In this document: positions 24,169 to 32,326 of the stretch, one piece after another
Layout of the letters: each line of letters opens with the position of its first letter
Numbering within the stretch: the stretch's first letter is position 1
Assembly (NCBI RefSeq): GCF_001194135.2
Contig: NC_069002.1
Coordinates: 19,842,401 to 19,874,726, forward strand
Source: Octopus bimaculoides
Lineage: Eukaryota
Reading direction: 5' to 3'
Length of the DNA stretch: 32,326 bases
Notes under the pieces: generated by a model
Databases searched by the model: none
Told to the model about the DNA's origin: nothing
The model's input: the letters and a program-made list of their open reading frames with translations, nothing else
Program-made: the position numbers and the translations under genes

Positions 24169-24939
24169 ATTATTGCCATAAAACTCATTTCGCTTCTTCT
24201 TTGGCTCTAAGGAATTGATTGATTGGTTCTGAACATCTAAATAGTATTTGATCCTTTCAACCAGAAATAAAAAAAAATAATAAAAAAAGCAACGACGTCA
24301 CCCCCAACATAAAAAAAAAACAAGAAAATCCTCAGTAAACAAAGCAAGCCCAGAAAACTGTACATAACCTGTTTGTTTAGTTGAAGAAATTAATCAGAAA
24401 AGCATCTGAATATTTGCAGGTTTAAAGTGCCTAAAGTGAAAAATCCATAGGCTTATCAGTGAGTTCTCTGTTAGTGATTACATGCTTGCCTTTATACTTT
24501 TGGGGTATTTACAACAAAACAGCCCATTAAGTAGACAGTAAACAACTATTAATATATTAACTATTATATCACATAAGGAAGGATATAACTAAAATATCAA
24601 ACAAAAAACGTATTTAACAAATAAAACGATATTAAAACAAAATCAAGTAAAAATTATGAAAGAGTTAAGAGAAATAAAAAAAATCCCAAACAGCTCCACA
24701 ACTCAAAAACAACATTAAACATAACAAGACTAATGGCATGAAAGTAAAAGAGAGAGTTTTTGATCTATAAAGCAATGGTACATCGTCGGTTTCGGCGAGG
24801 AGTATTTACACGTTTTATCAAAGGAAATGCATTACTGTGAATGAGCGTATAACCGCTTGGGGTTTCCACTGACACGTTTATATTTAAAACCTACGAAGAA
24901 TCAGCGTTTGGCGGGGCTAAACGCTTTTGGAAACATGCC

Positions 24940-25060
24940 ATCCGACGGATTTCTGTACAGTTTCCCTTTATCCAATTTCACTATAAATGTATCGTTCTGA
25001 AGCTCGAGTCGGGATTGTGAAGACAGGTTATCAAGAATTCGACCACGAAGCCTCGAAAGA
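24940..25060 (-). mobile_element. Old 5'/middle module of SINE family A
   Basis: ttctgtacagtttccctttatccaatttcact...gtgaagaca is similar to the reverse complement of 13290-13380. Confidence 0.4.
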
Positions 25061-25394
25061 AAAATACTAAGACCAGATTCATGAGGTGTGTGTGTGTGTG
25101 TATGTATTTGATTTGCAAGCTTCTGATGTAAAAACATTCTTTGAAACAATTGTTGTTACATCGAGATACATTTTACCAATGAACACACACGCTTTTTAGT
25201 TGATCTTATTATTATCGTTATGATTGTCATTATCTTATCATCATCAGTACATTTGTCAGACAGTACATTCCATGACCTCTTCATTGACTGCTCTTCGTGT
25301 TTCCTCCTCTGTATGGTTTCGTCCTAACTATTCCATCTTGTCTTTCTCTGAGAAAGACGAGATGGAGTAAAACGAAGCTGCCCCCTCCCAGTGC

Positions 25395-25640
25395 CTGTTT
25401 GAAAATGCACATTAAATTGACGATCATAGCGACATTTGGTAATTGATGGTATCCTATCCAGGTAGTCTAACTTAACCTTTTGTATCCTTCGCACCAGTTT
25501 TCAATAACATTCACCGGTTGCATCGATGCGTTATCGTCTTGGAAAATTGGACTGCAACAATGGAAACATGTTTCTATCATAGAATGGATCTGATCGTCTA
25601 AAATATTTAGATAATCCTTGGGGTTAATACTGTCAACACG
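25395..25640 (-). pseudogene. Tc1-like transposase catalytic-domain fragment
   Basis: INPKDYLNILDDQIHSMIETCF..SPIFQDDNASMQPVNVIENW..., then a frameshifted QLPNVAMIVNLMC resembling QSPDLNIIEHLWC. DDE spacing cannot be determined. Confidence 0.75.
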
Positions 25641-26377
25641 ATCCTCCGTCTTCTGGTCCCTCTACGTATGCTTTGCGCTTTGTCTGGAATTATGCTTGTC
25701 AGAGCTGGCTTTACGCTCGTTTTGGAATATGAGAACGATTTTAATCTCTGTGTCTCTCGAAATTTTAAGCAATTGGTAAATATATATGCAATTAAGAGAT
25801 TTGAGTGATTAGGAGGAAAATGAATGAAAAAATAAGGGATTTATGCATCGAGAGGGGAGAAAAATCAACAAAAACAGAATAGAGAAATCCTATGAGAAAA
25901 ATAAACGAAATTAGAGGTACAAGAACCCGAGTAAAGAAACAAGAGGCGACAAAGAATAACATATATATATATATANNNNNNNNNNNNNNNNNNNNNNNNN
26001 NNNNNNNNNNNNNNNNNNNNNNNNNNNNNNNNNNNNNNNNNNNNNNNNNNNNNNNNNNNNNNNNNNNNNNNNNNNNNNNNNNNNNNNNNNNNNNNNNNNN
26101 NNNNNNNNNNNNNNNNNNNNNNNNNNNNNNNNNNNNNNNNNNNNNNNNNNNNNNNNNNNNNNNNNNNNNNNNNNNNNNNNNNNNNNNNNNNNNNNNNNNN
26201 NNNNNNNNNNNNNNNNNNNNNNNNNNNNNNNNNNNNNNNNNNNNNNNNNNNNNNNNNNNNNNNNNNNNGAGAGAGAGAGAGAGAGAGTGATTGAGAGAGA
26301 GAGGTTTGTTATCTATACGTACATGCATAAATATGCATACATCTTTGTGTGTGAGTGTGTGTGTGTGCGTGTGTATG

Positions 26378-26649
26378 AGAACTGCAGGATCATAATTGCA
26401 AGCTGCTTCATAGAAGTTGTTTTTCTGAGCTGTTGCAACTGCTCTTCGTTCTGCAGTGGAGATCCTATTCCTTGTGAGTCGTGCATACCTCTGTTCATCA
26501 CTTTCAGATGCTCTGGCTTTTGTAGTGCACAGTGTGTTCTTTTCTTGGCGTGCTTCCCTTTCTGCAGCTGTCTCTCTTTTTCTGGACAGACACGTTCTTT
26601 TGGCTGACCTTGATTTTATAGACAAATTTGACATTTTCCTTCTAGGCAT
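26378..26649 (-). pseudogene. Helitron Rep/Helicase N-terminal fragment
   Basis: MPRRKMSNLSIKSRSAKR...RETAAEREARQEK...ARASESDEQRYARL..NRISTAERRA...EAACNYDP matches the charged N-terminus and AAFNYDP motif I recognise before the zinc finger in animal Helitrons. Truncated by (CA)n. Confidence 0.75.
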
Positions 26650-26787
26650 GGTTATATAAGTATACAGAAATACAAGAGTGCAGAAGATAGTAAACAATGA
26701 AAATAACTTGGTAACGGAAATTATGTTTCTGAATACGACAGGCAGAAAGTCAATAAGAAATTTTAACGAAAAATAAAGTATTGTACA

Positions 26788-27191
26788 GGTTGAAGCGAAA
26801 TTTGTCACTCGGTGAACCAAAGAGTCAGTATCGAAGGTACCAGAAAAAAAACCCCTCAGTAACAGGAAAACACAAAACCGTACTTCTGTTAGTAAATTAT
26901 GAAATTACTTACATCAGTAAATGTGAACTTGTTAGCAATTGAAAACGAAAACGTTTAGTGAGAACAGTAACGATTGAAGTTAAAGTGAGGTTGAAGGGAA
27001 ATTTGTCACTCAGTGAACCAAAGAGCCAGTATCGAAGGTACCAGAAAGAAAAAAAACCTCAGCAACAGGAAAACACAAAACCGTACTTCTGTTAGTAAAT
27101 TCTGAAATTACTTACATCAGTAAATGTGAACTTGTTAGCGATTGAAAACGTAAAATTTTAGTGAGAACAGTAACGATTGAAGTTAAAGTGA
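26788..27191. repeat. Tandem duplication of about 201-203 bp upstream of the Helitron ORF
   Basis: Unit 1 (26788-26988) and unit 2 (26989-27191) align almost throughout. Confidence 0.95.
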
Positions 27192-27880
27192 AAAAAAAAA
27201 CTATGGCTACCGGAAGTTGACATTGAGGAACCTTTTTAAAGAAGTGAATCTTAAATATAAAGCAATATTATTTATTTTTAATTAAAAAAATCAAATGAAG
27301 AGCCTAACATTTATCCGAGGTCAAATAATTCNNNNNNNNNNNNNNNNNNNNNNNNNNNNNNNNNNNNNNNNNNNNNNNNNNNNNNNNNNNNNNNNNNNNN
27401 NNNNNNNNNNNNNNNNNNNNNNNNNNNNNNNNNNNNNNNNNNNNNNNNNNNNNNNNNNNNNNNNNNNNNNNNNNNNNNNNNNNNNNNNNNNNNNNNNNNN
27501 NNNNNNNNNNNNNNNNNNNNNNNNNNNNNNNNNNNNNNNNNNNNNNNNNNNNNNNNNNNNNNNNNNNNNNNNNNNNNNNNNNNNNNNNNNNNNNNNNNNN
27601 NNNNNNNNNNNNNNNNNNNNNNNNNNNNNNNNNNNNNNNNNNNNNNNNNNNNNNNNNNNNNNNNNNNNNNNNNNNNNNNNNNNNNNNNNNNNNNNNNNNN
27701 NNNNNNNNNNNNNNNNNNNNNNNNNNNNNNNNNNNNNNNNNNNNNNNNNNNNNNNNNNNNNNNNNNNNNNNNNNNNNNNNNNNNNNNNNNNNNNNNNNNN
27801 NNNNNNNNNNNNNNNNNNNNNNNNNNNNNNNNNNNNNNNNNNNNNNNNNNNNNNNNNNNNNNNNNNNNNNNNNNNNNNNN

Positions 27881-27935
<55 letters not shown>

Positions 27936-27948
27936 ATACACATAAATA

Positions 27949-28783
27949 TAAGTGGTCTGATCAATAAGTATCCGGACTGTTGCTATAGTAACGAAGCTAA
28001 AGCACGCAGAGTAAAGAAGCTTGGCGCAGATTAAAACTGGACTCTGCTGTGCATTCGCATAAGTTTTAACGTTCTAGGCTAGTTCCGCTGTTTACAGCAG
28101 TGCTTAGGAGGAAGGTGTGTAGTGTGTGATCGTCGCATTGATCATATCACAGAAAGTTAGACAGAAAGAGTTAGGCAGAGAATCTCAACAGAACCAAGTA
28201 GATCTTGTTCAACTGAAATTTAGGTATCTTTTTTGTTAGCTGAAAGAAGTTTTGGTACAAACCTGGCAGTCGCACATCTCGTATCCACATCTTCAACGAT
28301 AATGGACTGAACTGAACCCTAACTAATCTGCACATCCTCTGATAACTCACGGATGGTGATTTAACGATTTTCCTTCAGAGCTACACGCACAACTGTGATG
28401 TGTTTCTCAGTTCTGCTGGGTTGAGCGTTTTCCAGAATGTTCGTCAATATTGATATTTTTTTCAGCCATCTTGGAAACGTCAGAACCGCTCCTACACTTG
28501 TGTGCAGCTCATATACTCCTCTCCATACACTCTTTGCAACTTTGCGTTTGGCTCTGAGGAAGTATTGCCATGACTACTTTCTCTGTCATGGTCAATGCGA
28601 CGATCTCACGTTAAAACCTTTTTCCAAGCACTGCTGTAAACAGCAGAAGTGAGTCAGAATGTTAAAACTTAGTGTGCGTGCACAACAGAGTTCATGATCA
28701 ATCTTTGCTAAGCAGTTTTACTCTGCGTGCTTTAGCTTCGTTACAATAGCAACAGTCTGGATATTTATTCATCAGACCTCGTG
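27949..28783 (-). mobile_element. Non-autonomous mariner derivative with about 210-bp inverted arms and N-terminal transposase remnant
   Basis: TA at 27947-48 and 28784-85. 27949-28160 is an inverted copy of 28574-28783. The interior minus strand reads KLQRVYGEEYMSCTQV*ERF*RFQDG..DEHSGK...ITIRELSEDVQIS*GSVQSI...ARFVPKLL; there is no catalytic domain. Confidence 0.85.
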
Positions 28784-28799
28784 TATATATAGTTCAGGT

Positions 28800-29130
28800 C
28801 TCTGAATATGGGTTGTTTAAGGATGTTGAGCAAAACACCCATATTTCCAGAGGTGAATTATCCAATTGTCAAATAATGTTTCTCAACACATAGCTATGAT
28901 ACTCCTTCGCAATTCTCTCTCGTGATCAGAGATGCACACATCGTAAGCCACTAGGGACATACACAGCTAGTTAAGGTCAAACAACTGACAAGCAAGTCTA
29001 TGGTATTCAGCAGAATATTTGCTGTAGCCCATCTTTTACATCAAGACAAAACAATGTACATAGTAACACTTCCAGTCAGTTAAGACCAGAAGCCACGAGA
29101 GCCACTGCCTGCAACTGCATCAGAGCATTT
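28800..29130. mobile_element. Probable interspersed repeat fragment
   Basis: Resembles a common octopod repeat from recollection only; no second copy in the window. Confidence 0.3.
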
Positions 29131-29818
29131 ATTATTTTTGTTGTTATTATTAGCACTGCTCTAAGAGTGGAAATATTGCAGGCAGGACTATGAAATTAAC
29201 ACAGCACCAGTTTTTAATTGGTAATTTGCATTATTATCGCTGGAGCGAACAAAGTCAGTAATGGCCTTGGTGGTTTTGCACGGAGAGAATAAAGACCAGG
29301 ACCAAACATCGTAATGTAATTTGTTCGACACACCGACTACTCTGCCAAATCAAATACAACACAATATGGCATAACATACACTAAGGAAACTTAATGTAAC
29401 GTTTACGTTATAAAGTTTAAGCATTCTCCATTGTACACGGAATATAAAACAGGGAATACAACCAAACTGCACAGGTATGGTCTCATTCCAAGAGTTTTAC
29501 GAATAATTTTGCATTTTGATACACTAAAATAAGACATGCATTATGATTTGCAATGGTTTCAAATGTAGACACAACGATAAGTATATTCTTGTTAACTCTA
29601 CCGATTAAACCACAATTTTCTACTGCTGACGAAGCATATGGCCTGGTAGTATATGATCCTATGTAATTGGTATCAACATTATGCCTGGCACGATCGAACT
29701 TCCAATTACCATCTTATTTCTTTATTGCAGTTGTATACAAATTAATACACACACATACACACAAGTATAGACAAATGTGCTTTCACGTAAATACATACGT
29801 ACCTACACACACACACAC

Positions 29819-29889
<71 letters not shown>

Positions 29890-31250
29890 TATTCACATCT
29901 CTTTGGGCTATAGCAACTAAACGTATATACATACGCGAGATCGAGTGCATAAGCTTGCTGTAGAATATTTTCCTCTACGACCATTTTATCTTGTGTATGC
30001 CAACGAAATGTTTAAAACTCGTTGCCATGCATAAAGATCTGAAAAATAAAACTGCCATTCACCCGAGTTATGTTCTGTTTATGTTAATCCTACAACATTA
30101 TAATAAATATAATCACTCTCTAGAACGTGTTGAATATTTCTGTTTGTGTTAGGGGAACCGATAAAAAATTATTATACTTATAAATATATATCTATTTCTG
30201 AGCCATTGTGTGTTTTACGCTGTGAGATTTCCATATAAAAAGTACATATAAAAACATACAAACATACGAAATTTGAGCCACAATAGAAGTGGTGGGAACG
30301 TGTAACATGATTTATGAATTCTTCCCCTAGGCAAGATTACGAAGAAAGCAATAATTAAAACTGTGTACAGCTGTATAAAGCTAGGATTTACAGAATTTCC
30401 ATAAAATACTTATCTAGCGCACACATGAAAACACATACATGGAAATACAGATATAGAGGTGTGTATGTGTATTTGCATGCTTGTGCTTTCATATGTGCGT
30501 TAGATTGAACTCTTGATGCATTTCTTTCGTTCTCATCCTAAAATGTGATTTTGTATCAAAGAATGTCAATGTCTCCATTTTCATCCGGAATTCTTTCTAT
30601 ATATGTATGTATATATGTACATGTGTGTGAGTGTTTTACTATGGTGTACATCCATATATATCTACACACTTGTGCTTTTGTAGGAATATGTGTATGTGCG
30701 TGTGTGTGTGTGTGTGCGTATATTTGTGTGTGATGCATAGACACAATTACATATAAAAAGAGACTATGAGGTCGGTTTATTGTGAAAATAATTGGCATAT
30801 AAAGATCAATACAAAGCCTCAATCACCTGTGCGCATAAGCATTTCTACACTGATTCTTATATATATATATATATATNNNNNNNNNNNNNNNNNNNNNNNN
30901 NNNNNNNNNNNNNNNNNNNNNNNNNNNNNNNNNNNNNNNNNNNNNNNNNNNNNNNNNNNNNNNNNNNNNNNNNNNNNNNNNNNNNNNNNNNNNNNNNNNN
31001 NNNNNNNNNNNNNNNNNNNNNNNNNNNNNNNNNNNNNNNNNNNNNNNNNNNNNNNNNNNNNNNNNNNNNNNNNNNNNNNNNNNNNNNNNNNNNNNNNNNN
31101 NNNNNNNNNNNNNNNNNNNNNNNNNNNNNNNNNNNNNNNNNNNNNNNNNNNNNNNNNNNNNNNNNNNNNNNNNNNNNNNNNNNNNNNNNNNNNNNNNNNN
31201 NNNNNNNNNNNNNNNNNNNNNNNNNNNNNNNNNNNNNNNNNNNNNNNNNN

Positions 31251-31400
31251 GCCTAGTACTTATTCTCTCGGTCCCTTATGCCGAACCGCTAAGCTACGAG
31301 GACGTAAACACACCACCATCGGTTGTCAAGCGATGTTGGGGGGACAAACACATATACACAAGCATATACACACATAAATATATATATATATATATATATA
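31251..31400 (-). mobile_element. SINE family A 3' module, cut by the gap
   Basis: Reverse complement of about 13430-13530; very similar to 32174-32326. Confidence 0.85.
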
Positions 31401-31476
31401 CATAGACACATATCCAGAAAGAATCGTGGATGGAAATGGAAACGTCGACATGCTTTGATACGGAATCACATTTTAG

Positions 31477-31545
31477 GATGAGAACGAAAGATATACATCA
31501 AGAATTCAATGGACGCTGAAAGAAGCACCAACACAAAAAGAACTG

Positions 31546-31591
<46 letters not shown>

Positions 31592-31698
31592 GTGATGTCG
31601 ACAGCTACGACGGCTACGACTGCTACGATGATGTTACTGATGTTAGGAATACTCATGTCGGAAGCAATAAAATTATTGACTTCTTTTTACCTCGTTAA
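31477..31698 (+). other. (GAT)n microsatellite inside a 73-codon open frame (weak candidate acidic terminal exon)
   Basis: cacattttag|DENERYTSRIQWTLKEAPTQKELF-D13-GDVDSYDGYDCYDDVTDVRNTHVGSNKIIDFFLPR*. The repeat itself keeps the frame open. Confidence 0.15.
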
Positions 31699-32076
31699 AC
31701 GTTCATTGACACTGTAGGCACACACGCTCTCTCTCTCACACACACACGCATACACAAACGCACATAAAGAAACAAAAACATTAACAGAAAAAAACACACA
31801 TACATACACTTGTGAGAGTACACTTGGCGCTATATGTACGTATGTATATATGTATATATGCATGTATGCATGCAAGCATTTATGTATGTGTGTATGTGTG
31901 TATGACATCGAGTGTCAGGTAAGTGAACCGAACACAAATGACATGTTACTTCGAAATAGAGACGTTTGTGCAACCACAACACGCCTGATGATAATTTTCT
32001 TCCTGGCCATTGTTGGACGGTTTCTAACAAAGTGGTCTGCGTGTCTCAGTATGGGTGCGCGTGTGCGTGTGTGTAA

Positions 32077-32326
32077 TCTTTTACTCTTTTACTTGTTTCA
32101 GTTATTTGACTGCAGCCATGCTGGAGCACCGCCTTTAGTCGAGCGAATCGACCCCAGGACTTATTCTTTGGAAGCCTAGTACTTATTCTATCGGTCTCTT
32201 ATGCCGAACCGCTAAGTTACGGGGGACGTAAACACACCACCATCGGTTGTCAAGCGATGTTGGGGGGACAAACACATACACACAAACATATACGCACATA
32301 AATATATATATATATATATATATATA
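32077..32326 (-). mobile_element. SINE family A 3' module with (ttttac)n tail, running to the window end
   Basis: Reverse complement of 13430-13620. Confidence 0.9.

Noticed and set aside
26788-27191. CRISPR-like or satellite array
   Set aside because: Only two contiguous long units with no spacers, in a eukaryotic context.
29627-29665. CTGACGA hammerhead core start
   Set aside because: No following GAAA or stem III.

Overview
Repeat-rich, AT-rich eukaryotic genomic DNA from a draft assembly, with 11 N-gaps (about 3.4 kb), mostly next to (AT)n tracts. The microsatellite load and SINE-like families resemble octopod (Octopus) DNA; this is inferred from recalled repeat sequences, not from a search. 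No host protein-coding gene is firmly supported, and nearly all ORFs in the track are microsatellite or gap artefacts. The recognisable coding content is decayed mobile elements: a minus-strand CR1/Jockey-superfamily LINE 5' part with two CCCH-like fingers and an APE endonuclease, a Penelope-like GIY-YIG remnant, a near full-length DD37D (maT) transposon, a Tc1-like fragment, a Helitron N-terminus with a duplicated upstream region, and a mariner derivative with about 210-bp inverted arms. At least three SINE-like families are also present. The most notable non-coding features are two minimal type I hammerhead-ribozyme folds (14005-14044 minus, 21119-21156 plus), each with a palindromic stem III and a non-canonical core. 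A few candidate + strand exons are given at low confidence.
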